Positions 10,530 through 24,552 of a stretch of DNA of 64,000 bases are shown piece by piece. This stretch comes from Ptychomitrium polyphyllum. Taxonomy: Eukaryota. The notes under the pieces were generated by a model, which saw only the letters and a list, made by a program, of their open reading frames with translations, ran no database searches and was not told the DNA's origin. A program made the translations under genes and the position numbers. The stretch lies in the NCBI GenBank assembly GCA_973851085.1, contig OZ316776.1:7440001-7504000 (forward strand), written 5' to 3'. The first letter of the stretch is position 1; every line of letters starts with the position of its first letter.

Positions 10530-13500
10530 CTCTGTCTCGTTGATTGTCAGGTGCGCTCTACTGGTGTCGATTGGGGTTTCTCAGCTTCTATGAGCTTTTG
10601 TCGTCGCGGAATAGGGTTTTATGTTGAGCGGGAGTTTTGCAATGCAGTGTTACCTGTATGAAGACTCCTTGTAGTATCGTCACGAGATTGCTCTTTCTGG
10701 CTGAGTGAGTGCACCATGCAAGCGCTATCAACTTCAGTTGTATCATATAAACAGTTTCTCAGTTCGTTGGGGGCGCTTTTGTGTTCGTTGTTATTGCTAA
10801 CCCTGTTCTAGGGTTTGTTCATTCTCGTATTTATCTCTTCTCGAAATCGATGTTGCATTTCAGAGCCTCTGGCATTACACTCGTGGGTCACAGTTACTTT
10901 AAGTCTTTCTTTGTTGGAATATGGTCTGAGACTGAAAGTTATGGTAACGTCATGTTGTTAGGTTTTGTGAGAGGGAGGAATTCATTTTTTCCCTGTTTGG
11001 AGTGGAACGGGTTTTCTTCACCTAGGTAAGTAAAGTTGGTATTTACAGGACATGTCTGATGTATGTCTTTCTCTTTGTGCAGCTTACCGTTCTTGATTCT
11101 GAGGCGTTGAATTCCGCCCAGAGCTTTTGTTGATAGGATATGAGGTGGTTTTAGAAGGACAAACTTTAGGGTACCTCTTGTTCTGAGAAACTGTATGTGG
11201 ACTATAGTATCCCATCAATCATACGTTAGCGACTGTGATTGATGGCGGATGCAAAAATGGCACTTGCTACTTCATTCATACTTTGTCATATACTCAATTA
11301 TTAGGATTGAGGCTGGTTTGCTTGGTTATTTCTTCAACTGTTATTTGAATTGAATGTTTGACTGTAATCCCTTGGAACAAAGAAGGAATATGACTATATC
11401 CGCGGTTCAGTTCTTAGGAGTGCAGATCGTCCGTATGTCTCGTTACGAGAGTTTGTTTGCTTGCTAATTTTGCATCGTAGCAGGTGAATGATGGGTTTAT
11501 ATGACTGCGCAACGGTGGTTAAAGTTCATACCAGAAACTTGAAACTGCTGCAAATTTAATTCTCAACGCTAGATAGTTACCATAGAAATGCAACCTGATC
11601 TCCACAGAATGATTGGATAAATACTATCTACTCAGTTTTGAGATCTTTTAATTACCTATTTCCAGAGCTCGTGCAGGTGGACTGAATCAATTGACCTTCA
11701 ATCTGCAATGTGAGGCTGTGTACGGGAGTGCTATGACCTCAAACGATGTGTTTGTGTGGATTTGTACCTCACAATTCCACAACGGAATTCTGTAAGTCAC
11801 GATCAAATGTTTTATAGCGTCTCGTTGATAAGATTGTGCTAACAGATAGAGAAGGGTTTTGAATTAATATTTATGCCGAGATTCCGTCAGTAGTCAGGCA
11901 CAACCTGTCAGCTTGGTGGAAATTGAGTTGTTCGCAAGGATATTCTGCCCTCAAAGTTTTCCCCCGTGTATACCGGATGTGCTCCACTCTGTCCAAAGTG
12001 AATCTGCTGATAGTTTCGCAGTGAGGAGCTCCCATGTCTTGGCGACGATTTACCCTGCTTGTATTTCTGCTGTGCATCTAGATTCCGATGCACTTATTTC
12101 TGGTTTTCCTCATGTATCACTATTATGACGGTGTCTGAGTGTGTCAATGCTCAACCCAGCTTTCATGTGGCACACAGGAGTTAGAACAGGTTTCAGTCAT
12201 CTCTCAACAATTGAACATCCAGGGTTCAACAAAGCCTGCAACCGTCACCATATTTTCTGGCTCCCAGGAAAGCATCGATATAACAATGTCGCCTTCGTCA
12301 ATCCAGGAGGCCACATCCGTTGCAGATCCTTCTTGCCATTGCAAGTTTGTTCCAGAGGCTGCAAAATTTCATCCTGCCCGCCCTCTCCAATCTTGTCGCC
12401 TGTGTACAAGTTGTATGAATGCCGGCGAAAAAACAGACCTTGTATACTCCTTCAGACTCTCGAACACCTCCTTGTTTGATTCCTTATTCTCACCTTCATC
12501 ATCGGGTTTTGAGTACGCAGTGAAAGTGTTCGGAGACAGAAATCCTCTGCCTCTTTGTTACTAATAAAAACCCTTGGAATACCGCGTATTGTTGCCAGTC
12601 AGGTTGGCCGGGGGATTTGTTGAACCACTCTTTCTCAAAACGCTATTACAGATGAATCACTTTTGTTACAGTATCATTGTTGATTGCTTGAGTTTTAGAG
12701 GTTTAGTTGAAGTTTAGAAGTTTGGTTATGGAACTCATTTGTGGACTGTTCATAGCTAGCGTTACAAAAGATTAATAGAAGAGCACCTCCACATCATCTG
12801 CATTGACCTTCCCTACGACCATTCCATTCTACTGAGGTTGAATTAGAGGGCGCTTTGATTTTAGCGATTCAAAAGGTTAGGCATCTGCGTTGCGGTTTCC
12901 AGGTTCTGTCACTGAACATGAATCTCTACATTCAGGGGGTGCACGAAAGAGCCATAAATGCCAGGGTCATGATGTGTCGGTCTTGGTCACCCACTTGGAT
13001 GTACTTTCAGTAATGGTCTGGATTACCCCAACACTGCATTGGTGCAAGGAAACCCATACAGCTTGAGTATTGGATGAGGTACAATTTTGCACGTCGCCTC
13101 CAGCCTCTATCAGTACTGTAATATAAGTCCAGAGTCTACCACAGCTGTGAGCAAGGCTGGCATTTCCATTTCTCTGCAGATGTGCTACTGTGCCCCTGGG
13201 CATATTTGACGGAAGTAGTACTGTACTGCAGAGTCCGATCAAAAAGTGATGAGAAAAATAAATAATCAGTTCGGTTCATGCCAACTTGCAAGAAACAAAA
13301 ACAATAATTTTCAACATCGCTGTCACTGCAGCCCATATTTTCATACCCGAACAGACTTGTGGACACGAGAGAGCGCCAATGCTGCTCTTGCATCCCCGTA
13401 AACCCGCCAAGCTGTTTACGTGACACCCTTACAATGTCAATACCAGCACACACATAATACTAAAGTATTGATTGAGAACCAGGCGCAGTATGTCGTCAGA

Positions 13501-13762
13501 AGATGGTTTTCATTGTCTATCGATCGATGGTCCGTACTCCGTCATCCGTGACCAGCAACCGCAAAGTGTCGCACATGACCCATGCGTCATCCTCCTCTCC
13601 AGTGCCCTCCCAGCGTCCTCCCCGTTTATATTCAACTGGCCTCTACCTCTCTGCTCAATCAACCTCCCTTGCCTTTGGAGCTTGCTCCTTCATCGGGCCT
13701 CCTCTCTCGCATCGCACTTTGGTTTTGATTTGTACTGATCATCGTAGATCTACGCTACTGCA

Positions 13763-14493
13763 ATGGCGATTTCATCAGGGAGGCATCACATCATGGCTGT
13801 CGCGATTGCACTGTGCTTGGTGACTTTGCTTTTCTCACAGGCCAGCGCTCAAGGAGCGCCCATGGTCGCCCCCACGATACCGCCTCCGACAGGAGCTCCT
13901 ATAGTTCCCCCTGTTGGCGCCCCCATCACGCCCCCAACCGCTGCCCCCTTCGTTCCCCCAGTCATGGCGCCTCTGGCTCCGACACCAGTGCCTCCCCCAG
14001 TCCCAACTCCTTCGCCAGGTCCGACATGATCCCTTAACTTGTTGACCCTTTTTCAATCACTGTCCTTTTGTGTGTGATTTGCGCATTTCCCAGGGCGTTA
14101 GTTTGATTTGGTTTGTGCGTTCTAGTTTCGACTACTGCTATTGACCACTAGACTTCTTGTTCATATGGTTTTAGGGAATATACAGGTCGATCTATATGCA
14201 GAAAGGTGTTCAACTCCTAGTTTGTTCTTTGTCGCGATTTCTGTGCAACTGTGGTGGTAAGTCCTGCAGTTTTCAGTTTTTGTGTGACGAGAATGAGATT
14301 TTCTTAGTAGTGATGTTTCGGTCTTGGCATTTTGTTTGCAGCGATACTATCAACACCCACTCCTACGCCCGCCCTTGTTCCAGTTGTTGAAGGGCCAGGT
14401 CCAGCTGCGGTGCCTGCAGGCAGCGGCGCTTCCACCATGGCGCCCGGGGTATCCATCCTCTTGATGAGCGTTGCTGCTTATCTTTGGTACTAG
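13763..14493 (+). CDS. Classical arabinogalactan-like protein with signal peptide and GPI-anchor signal, 135 aa
   Basis: Exons 13763-14018 and 14342-14493 (GT-AG). The signal peptide ends ASA|QG, the core is rich in AP/TP/VP/SP dipeptides, and the C-terminus AGSGASTMAPGVSILLMSVAAYLWY* has small residues followed by a hydrophobic tail. Confidence 0.85.
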
Positions 14494-15613
14494 AGTTACA
14501 TCTTATTCGCATTAGAAATTGACTATCATTGACGACGGTGAAGGTTTAAGTGGCCATTTTAACATGGATTAGTAGGTAGGTAGATCAACCAAATTTTTTG
14601 GAGTAGCCAAACTATATATTATTCTTGTGAGGCTGATCGACAGCAGATTGTTGCCGGCTTTCAGGCACCCATTTTCAATAATAAGAATGACAATCTAGCT
14701 TGTCGTGCAGATAAGCATGTCTATCGCTGGGTTGCATTATCGAAGCTCGTCCTTTGACGCGCTTCATAATTGAAGCAAAAAACGATTCGTATACTGCCGT
14801 TGATTAGAACTGCATCATCTATGCTTCTGTCAATTTGTTGCATATTGTCTGCTTCTGGTAATGGGATTGGCGCGCTGGTCCTACGCATTATCTACGACTG
14901 TCCAAGACTTGGTGCACAGGACATCTCCTGATATTGCCAATTGTGTCAAAGTAGTAAATTTGTGACTGCTTACAATAGACTAGTGACTTGCAGTACTACA
15001 GTACTGTTAGCTTTATACTAATTGTGAATAAATTATCAAATGATCACCTTGCCGACAGTTGTATCAACAATAAACAGTAATGCATGCCGAAGAACGCGAG
15101 GGCTCTTCTGAAAATTCAAACTTCGAGTTCTGTAGCAGATTTGTTTCGGGCAAGGTTGCTATAAACTGCGAGTAAGTCGAACTGCAATGCAGACAAGAAA
15201 TAAGACATCTACAGCACTCGACTGATTAAGAACGAACTTTCATCACTTCCTTCCCCACTACGCAGGATAATGTCTAAGTGTCGACTGGTTCTTAACGTGA
15301 GAGATTAGTCGGAGCCGGAAGGTAATTATGCGAGCACTAGAGCAAGAGGGTTAATGATTTGTATAAGAAGCTAGACCTGGGGCTAGACTAGAGATTTACA
15401 GAGGGATGCCAGGCGGAGATCCTTCAGTTCAATCACAACTTATCTTCTGCTCTACCTATCCCTGGCACCCGCTGCGCTGGATTGCAGAGAGCCCAGTGCT
15501 CTACCGACGCCGCATGTGCCTGGGATGTCAGGCTTGTTCATATCTGACATTATTTTTTCAAGACAGTTATCCGCTATTATAACTTCCTGGTTTACCGTTC
15601 CTTTCACAGTATC

Positions 15614-15709
15614 CAGTAGTCCCGATTTGGGAGAGGAATTGGGAACTCTGAGCACCTAAAGCAGTAGTCCCGATTTGGGAGAGGAATTGGGAACTCTGAG
15701 CACCTAAAG
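15614..15709. repeat. Perfect 48-bp tandem duplication
   Basis: cagtagtcccgatttgggagaggaattgggaactctgagcacctaaag occurs at 15614-15661 and 15662-15709, followed by cag. Confidence 0.97.
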
Positions 15710-16373
15710 CAGACATACGGGGGTGGCTTGGGCCGCTTGGCTAACTTCGGGAGGTCCAAGATTTAAGGCTCTCTAACAACGCACGTCACCACGGAGACTC
15801 CTTATTGGTGCAATTAGACAGTCCAAAACTCATTTTTCTCCTTTTCATAGCAAAGATGAGTTCTGCGAAACTTAACTCTTTCGGTTCTCATTATTGGATG
15901 AGTCTATAGCCACCATGATTATCTTTGCCGTTTAATGATTGCGCAAATTTTATAAAATTAGATTATGCAGTTCAGACTGACGAGGTGGGACCCAGGCTTG
16001 AAAGTGAGTCGACCACGAGAGGCTTCCTCCTCAACATCCGAGATTTCAGCACCTTAATTCATATCACATGGAGGGGATCAGTGCGGTTTTGAATGACCAA
16101 ATTCTTTCTCACCAGATAAGTTGTTAGATCGAAAAGCAGGAATGGTAATCCTTTAACTAATACCAATCGCAACTTACAGGATCTGTCTCGAGAAAAAATT
16201 AATAGTGCGTTCACCTAGGGAGAACCAGGAATGCTATACCAGCTCTGCACTATCTCTGAGCAGCAGAGCGAATCTGCCAAAAACATAGTTTACTTGAAAT
16301 AATCGATTGGACTTTACAAAATACGAAAACTCTGCAATGAGGAATATGCAAGGATGAGGAATACGTGAATAGG

Positions 16374-19300
16374 TCAGTCATCGTCACTGTCGCTAACAAC
16401 AACTCTTCTACGAGATACTGGTTTCTTTGCAGGCGATGGAGACCGCTCTTCCCAGTCTCTCTTTCGCTTTCTATCATCTTCCTCACGTTCTCCACGTCTC
16501 CTATCCTGAAAAATCACGAGCATATGTAAGAGACTCTGATTGCATAAATAACGTGCACAAAAATAATCTATTGCTCCAAATTTCACTCGGTCTAGGGAAG
16601 AATGATTCAGACGATGCCCCAAAGACAGTAAATTTCCAAACAGTCAAGCAGACAAATCATCAGGTCAACAATGAGTAAGGCAAAGACAAAGAAATCACAT
16701 CAAAATCATCACAAAACCCAAGAGTTAATTGCTAGCATGGTAGTGCCAACGGTAGAGTACCAACCTCGCGCTCTACAGCCTTGCCTCTGCTGGATGGCCT
16801 TCGCTCTTCCTCCTCTTCCTCTTCATCCTCCTCCTCCCATGCTCCACCCACCAAATCGTCATTATGATCACTTTCCTGTGCCGAAGGCTCTCTATCACTA
16901 TCATCTGACTCGTAATCGTCCAAAAAGTCATCCTTTGGAGGCGCCCGCCTGTTCGCTGGTTTGCTAAGAGGTGGTCTAGAAGGTGCTTGCTGTCATAGTA
17001 ACACCCAAGTCAGTACAGATAGCACAAAAATAGAACTTCAAGCAACCGGAACCAGATGCTGGTGCTCTTTTACAAGTTAATAGAACAGATTATTCAAGAC
17101 TAAACTTGCAGAACAGTTTCCATTTAGCAACTCTCTAGACTGTCTGTTTGAATAAAGTCAAAGATTTACCCGTTTACTGTGTATGAGTCTTCTCTCTGCA
17201 CGTTGCTCTTGTTCTAATTGCTCTTGATATCGACGAGAGCGTCTGTCATAAGGATCTATCTCATCCTCCTGTACATCATGTAGCAGCACCAAAACTGGTT
17301 AAGAACTGAACTAAGATAAACTGAATACAGGGATGTACCATGCAACGTAGTAGGAATGAATGGCACATACCTCCTCCAAAGCGTCCTCTAAATAACCAGG
17401 AGACAGCCCACGCTCACGATCTGTCACGCGAGGCCTAGGAGGTTCGTATTTGCGGCCTAACTTTTCCTGTTTTTTCTGCAGGTCCTCCTTGCTCCTTATT
17501 CGTTCTTGTGCTTGCTGCACATAGATCATTTTGATGTGCTTAGCGAAGATGATTGAAAAAACAACACAACCAACAACACAAGCACAATTGACCCAGAGTA
17601 TCAATCTCATAAAAAGCAAGTATCCAAAAGTTACCAAGAACCAACTTGACAATCATGACACAAACATAGCTGAATCTCTCCGTGCACAATTGCCTGGAGT
17701 GAACTCAGGGCAATTTAATGGCTCACCTTTTCTTTTTCATGCTTCTCCTTCTCCGGATCAGTTTCAGTAATGACAGCCTTAACTTTGAAGACCTTCTTAT
17801 GCTTGGCGTCCACCTTCGCAGTGAGTAGACGATGTGATTTCGAAGTCAAGGACGATGGCATGAACCTCATCTTTCTCAAAACTTGGCCTTGAGATTGCAA
17901 AGTAGTCTGCATTCAGACACGCCTTACAATGATGTCGCTGCTATAGGTCATCTCGGAACAAGATGAAGTAATCACTGAAGATAGCTTCTCTATTAAACTA
18001 TAGGAACATGCAAGAATATACGACAGAGACCAACTGAAATACCCAAGAACTACGTATTCCAGAGAGAAGCGAGGGCTTTGGAAATACCTTAGGATGACGA
18101 ATGAAGAGATGAGACTGGTCCTGAGCGGCATTTTGGACCGACAAATCCAGCACTTCACTTCCCAGAAGCAGCTGCATGCTACCATCCGACCATTTCACGA
18201 ATCGCGCGTTGCTTTCAACAGATTCGGTTCCATCTCGATTGAGAACACGACGCCAACGTACAACGTTCTCCTCCAACCTAATGTGTTGCTTCTGACCTTC
18301 AATCTCGGTTGTAAATGGCTCTTGCGCCTCATATGTCTTCGGATCAAATGGCTTCATATCGATGCTCATGATGTTGGATGTTCGAACAATATTAAGCTGC
18401 GGGCCATAACACAACAAAGATCATTTGTTGAGACTACTATAAGTTATTTCTACGATATTTCCCATACAAAACCACATGACACGCTCAACAGCACTAGTCA
18501 ATGCTAGGGTATGAAAAAGGGTTCATAGTAATAAACCAACCTGATCGGGCATGCCTGGTGGTGGCCGCAATGGAATCTGAAGCTCGATTGGAGGGCCCAT
18601 GGGTTTCTCAGGCTTCTGCTCAACATAACGCTCATCGTCAGATTCGGACCGATCTGAACGGTCACGATCTTCATCACCAACGATCTCTTCTGCTCGAGCT
18701 GCATCCGCTTCACTTCCCTCGTCATCCGAACGAGCCCTCTGTTCAAAACAGGCGTTCAATAAGCTCAGAGGCAACTTCTACTATTCAAACTGACTGCGTA
18801 ACCTAAGTTGATAAGTGTAACAGACATGCAATCCAACATCACGGGCAATGATGAGCCTTTAAAGTGATGACTCTTTGATGGTTTCTAGATATCAAAGTGT
18901 AGATGAAATACAATAGAACTATACCTCTGGACTGCCCTGCAGACTTTCCTCAGGACTTCGACGGTCTTCAGCTTCTTGTTCTGGTTCCTGCTCTGCCTCT
19001 CGGTCCTCTTCTTCATCTGACTCACCAAAAACATCACGCGCTTCGGCTACCTCAATCCTCTCCCTCGGTTCATCATCGTGTTGTTCATCTTCCTCGCCTT
19101 CGCTGTTCATCAGAAAAAGCCATACCACAGAACTCATGAACACCTTCACTCCATAATCTCCGTTAGACTCTAGTGCACAATACAATTTCGGAGCCGCTAC
19201 AGTTACAAATGAAAACCCAGGCAAGCTGGCTAGCTGGCCACTAAGGCCCAACAACCGACCGAATGCCAGACCCATTAGAAGGTAGACTGATTAAACATAT

Positions 19301-20847
19301 TTTCTCGAGACATGCTTTCAGTACTTCTTGTCACCCAGACATACTTCGCTTCTCCTAACAAAGCATTCAGAAAATTTAGAGTATAAGGAGCTACCTTTGG
19401 CCCCTAACCTCTTCCAGGATCTCCTCGTCTTCGTAGTCCTCCACAGGTTGGGCCCGGTGTGAACGCTCCGAGCCACTGCCGCTGACCTCAACTTCTTCCC
19501 GTTCTCCTTCACTCTCAACTTCTACCTCCCTCCCACCCTCGCTCTCCCTATCACTGTCAGCCCTTTCTTCTCCATCGCTTGCTCCTCTCTCTGCATCACT
19601 CTCACCTTTTTCTCCTTCACTCTCAGCCTCACCCTCAACCTCTACCTCAGCGTCACCATCTCCATCCTCTGCTTCGACTTCTTCATAACTACCTTCCTTG
19701 TCCTGGAATGTTACATAAAGCTCTTTTAAAGTATTGAAGGAAAAAAAAAGACCTATAATCATTTATAAATACGCAGTCAATATTGTCAAGATGTTTCCCA
19801 CACGCCAAAAATGTTCCACACTCCAAAACCAAAAGCTACTTTGTCTATGTATCCCATTTATTCCTATATGCCAAGAAGCCTCACAACAACACTTGGCAAC
19901 ACTTCAATTGAAAACTACAACTCAACCACTGCTGATCACATCCTTCTACATTATCTAACACTTCGAAGACTTGATGAATCATCTAGCACCACAGTATTAC
20001 GTACGCCATATCTATTAAAATTATTCGTACCATTAACTAATAATCCCACACCTGCTGAATTCTGCAGGATCTCTCAGATAAAATCCTCACATCCAGATAA
20101 TGCCCCTCCATAAAACTGAGTCTTTCAGCTGAGTCAACATAAATTTCTGAACAAATTACAATTCGAGTCCTACAACTCTCAATGCACACAAAGTTCCGAA
20201 AGCATGCCTACAAATCTAAGTTGGACATTGCGATACTGAAGAAACCCTAATTTTTCCAGAAATACGTGTCGCGACACATACTGCTGACACTCAGAAACAG
20301 AACGCAATTTAAATGCAGACTTTACATGCTTCAGAGATAACAAACATAATTCTAAAGAGTGGAACATTCCATGTAGAAATTCTGTGTAAAAACGATGATA
20401 TCTCCATGAAACAGGAATTACGCTCAGAAACCCTAATTCTCATCCAACTCACGCTCACATTGCAAAAAGACAATTCCATGTCTACAATCCTCCGGGTAAC
20501 GGCAAGCTGCTGGTAATTCAGAACCCGTGGCTCTCTACTGTACAATACTTCTCACAAGAGAAAAGCTACAGTTGCAACTTTAAAAAGTTAGCACTTCTTA
20601 ACATTATGCCAACGAGAATTGTACGCTCTAGCACGTTAAGAATATGACCTACTCAGAGCTAAGAAACGCGGTTTTCAGTTGGTAGTTAAGAACATCGCGG
20701 CGAGCAGCAATATGAGACGCCACTTACAGAGCGATCAGAAGCTTGATCGGAGATAGCTTGGCGGACTGGCTCCAGCTCGTCGTCGGAATCCTCGGACTCC
20801 GCTCCAAACAGAGTCTCCATCATCTCATGCCGCTTCTCCTCCCCCAT
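16374..20847 (-). CDS. LEO1: Paf1 complex subunit LEO1 (plant VIP4), 10 exons, ~630 aa
   Basis: Exons 20847-20728, 19702-19395, 19102-18925, 18738-18541, 18396-18088, 17906-17727, 17514-17371, 17268-17170, 16989-16765 and 16505-16374 sum to 1893 nt. MGEEKRHEMMETLFG start, acidic linker, and the Leo1 domain (SNIMSIDMKPFDPKTY..ENVVRWR..ESNARFVKWSDGSMQLLLGSE..KMRFMPSSLTSKSHRLLT). Confidence 0.93.
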
Positions 20848-21759
20848 CGTAGCGACCTCGGTCCGCAACCAAACTGCTTCAAATCAGGAAAGATGACGTC
20901 CGCGGAGTGCAATCAAACCCCAAACACCGAGAGAATGACCTCTCTCACACCGGCAATAGGGCGCCAAACTTAGCAGCGCCTTGGAAAAAGAAAAGAAAAC
21001 ACAAAGCGCTCCGACCTTCCCTGTGGAGCTTCCGCCGTGGTGCCAAAACCCCGACCTCGGCGTTACAACGACATCGCAATCCAAGCTGCAAGCTTCTCAC
21101 TCTGTTCTCTGCAACTCCGTCCTCCCCCCACCACGCCTCGGCACGCTACGTTGCCCAATATTCACAACGCCCTCTTCAGTATCATGCGAGTCTCGAACAG
21201 GTATCAAGCGGGTACCTTACTGGTATCTGCAGAGCATCGACTACTTATCAACCGGACATAGTACCACCACCAAATTCGAGAATAAGGAGCGTGGACAGGT
21301 TTACATCGTTAGATGCTCGACAACCCGGGTTGAATACGACGTGGTATCGTAGTGGTATGAAGCGGGTATCCGGTTGATATTATTTAGCTGCCGCCAGAAA
21401 AGCTCAGCATGCAAGGATCATAGGGGTTTACAGCCTCGGAAGGTTGTCCAATAAAAGGATGACGAAGCACTGGGTATTGTAGCGGTGATAAACGGGTATG
21501 ACCTTAGTATGACGCAGTTATCAATCGGTCGGTTACAGAGGTGGACATCTCATTTTACACTGTAGGGATCAGGGCTTCCTACTGTGCGAGGTATATTATT
21601 CTACTACTATCCAAGAACTACCTGTATATTACACAAGTATAAACAAGGTTACCATAGGATATCACATAGCACCACATAAGTATATTTAGATAATGCCTAC
21701 GTAGTCTGATATAGTACCTTAAAACATTGTGGATATTCTTAAAATGTCTTTCTGCTTGT

Positions 21760-22860
21760 TTCCATAAAATTCAGAATTTCAAAGTAACTATTAAATAAAA
21801 TACACTCTTTCATATAAAAATGACTTCAAAGTATGTGAAAGTTTTAAAGCGTATTGCAACATGAATATATTCAAAATAAAATCGTACAACATTAATCTAA
21901 TTAGTATTTAAATGCAACTTTGTGCAATGTAAAAATGATACAAATAAGTTAGAAATTCATTTAAATTTAGATGAATAAAAATCACTAATGTACATAGAAT
22001 TTGACAACATAGCTTGTATAAATTGTAAAATAAATAACAATATTAAAAACTAAAAATCTCACATATAAGTAATGCATAAAATCTATATACAAATTTCCAT
22101 ACTAGAATATTATGCAAAAATTAAGTTATAAAAAGTTTCTCAAAACACAAAGATAATTAACCTTAATATAATACAATCATCATATAAAAATGGAACGTTC
22201 ATTAGACATCTTATTATATATCTATATAGCATTGAATTATATTTTATTACTACTTGCAATATTATTTAATATTATATAATCATGATTGATTTTGTTAATA
22301 AATGCTTTATGTACGTCAAAATCATGAAGACAAAAAACAACAAATTCATATTATTTATGGCATGCAACATAATTTCTATTACCAATAATATAAATTTTTC
22401 AACATACTATAAAAAAATTAATTTGAGTCTATGAATTTTTTTAAATAAAAATGTGAGTTTTAATTTAGAATATCCAAATAAATTTGAAATCTTGAAACAT
22501 GCATAAGCTTTTGAGTGAAAAAGTTGGATTTGAAATGTGAATCCATTGTAAAAATGAAGGAATGATAATAACACTCAACATTAAATAAAAGAAAAACAAC
22601 ACATTCATTATATTGGGAAATTTTGAAGTTCCAAAACAATCTTTGGAATAAAGATTTAAAAGGTATTAAACTTTTGGAAGACCAGTGTTAAGTTATATAT
22701 TAAGTTTCTTGCTAATAAATGATACACAATAGCCAAATGCCATTGAATTTGCAGATAAAAGATGCAATTCAACTTCAATAAAAGGGAATTTCTTAATCTA
22801 AACATGTTATCATCATAGTCCTGAAATTGTTGTTTTATCCTATTATAATGAATAGGGTGT
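21760..22860. other. Very AT-rich intergenic block, probable decayed transposon relic
   Basis: Abrupt drop in GC content and no credible ORF; no TE family assignable by eye. Confidence 0.35.
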
Positions 22861-24552
22861 TTGAAGGAAGGGTTTGGAAGTAGAAATATCACTCAACTCC
22901 ATCAAAGTCGATCTCCCCCTTGTACTTTCCAATCGCTCTTTTTTTCCCACCACCCTTACTTTTTCTTTCTCTCTTCTCTATTCCATTCTCCTCCATGTCC
23001 ATCCTTCCAATCAATCCTTGTCCACTTCCCTCGTTCCTCTTCCAAGTCCATAGTTCTTTTTATAAAATTAATCTCCATCCTAACTTGTCTCTTTTCTACT
23101 CCTTTCAAATGAACAGAAGAGCAAATGTGATGTCTGTGCTTTCATATAGCTTTTGAGATTGTGGAATGAACACATTCGAAAAATACACAATTTTGAAATT
23201 ATGGTGGTGTGGGCTGACTTTGTGTTGAAGCAGATGTGCATCGGAGAATCTTAGCAGTTTTTGGCATCGGACTTCATAGCCTTGCGTAAGAGACGTAGAT
23301 TGCAGATACTACTTCAGTATACGAACAAGGTGCTCTTAGTTTTTCTTTTGTAGCGAGCTGTTTTAGGGGTTTGCATAGGGGTTGTTGAAGAAGTCAAGGT
23401 TTCAAGCTGCAAAGCTCTGCAGAAACGTTGCTGCAAACAGTTTAACCCCACCTCTTTTTGAAAATGATGACAGAAGTCGACTTCATGGTTCCGGCAATGT
23501 CTGTGATCTCTAGCCTGAGTTATGTCAACATTTGTCTCCTGTAGCTGATTGATGCTCATCCTTCTCGTTGATTCACGTGAAGTACCAATTAAAGGGCGCA
23601 TCCCAGTCATCAAATATGCATCTAGTAAGGGGAATGGAAGCAGCTTCCTTGAACGTTATAATTTGAAGTATAAATTTACATTCTGCAATGCCGAAAAAGT
23701 AGACATGATTAGTTTTCTACAGTTATAAGAATAAACACCTTGAGACTTCGAAACGTTTCGGAGTCGAAACGATACTCTAGTATATACTTTGTGTATTGCT
23801 AGGAGTGTGCTGATGGCACACAGCTCAGAAGAGCCCTGAGATTTTGTCAGATTCCACCCGATGAATGATTGGTCCTACCAGACTTTTCCGCACCTCGGAA
23901 GTTCAATGGCAATACTCATTTGAGCGGGTATGGGTGATCAAATTAAATCAGTGCACAATGCGATAAATGTCATTCTCTAATTTCAATAGAGACCTGAAGT
24001 ATTTGGAGGCTAACACTCCTCACTCTCGATCTAGGTCGATGATCCCGAGCAAGAAATCGTATTCAGGATGTTTCCAAATATTATACTTACATGCTTATTT
24101 GTTGACGTAAAACATCAAAAGACATGTCTAAGATGCAGCGTATCAACCGTACTGACATATATCTCCTGAGCTCGATAGTGGCAAATTGTGAAAACCGTGA
24201 GATCACTCCAATATGTTGGCTACTTAGCTCTCCAATAGAAATTAAAAATACCGGTAATCTCACAAGCTAGACAATTTGCTAACGCCGAACCTTCCTAGGA
24301 TGTCTTCGAGCACAACATATAATCACTCTAACGAAGAACAAAAAGGTATAACTGATACATTCAATACTTCATGCAAACCTTCAACGGTGTTTCAGATCCT
24401 CTCAACGGGAGCTCGGAAAGGCAAACGTGAAAGAGGATCTTTCCAGAAAAGTTTGCAGCAAAATGCCTTCCTCATTGAAATAGGAAAGGTGGAATACTTC
24501 CACCTCTACAAAATACATTAAGGAAGACTGAAAGTGAACTAAATTCCATGAT

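Noticed and set aside
15614..15709. Repeat as a CRISPR-like array
   Set aside because: Two abutting copies with no spacers, in a eukaryotic context with no cas genes.
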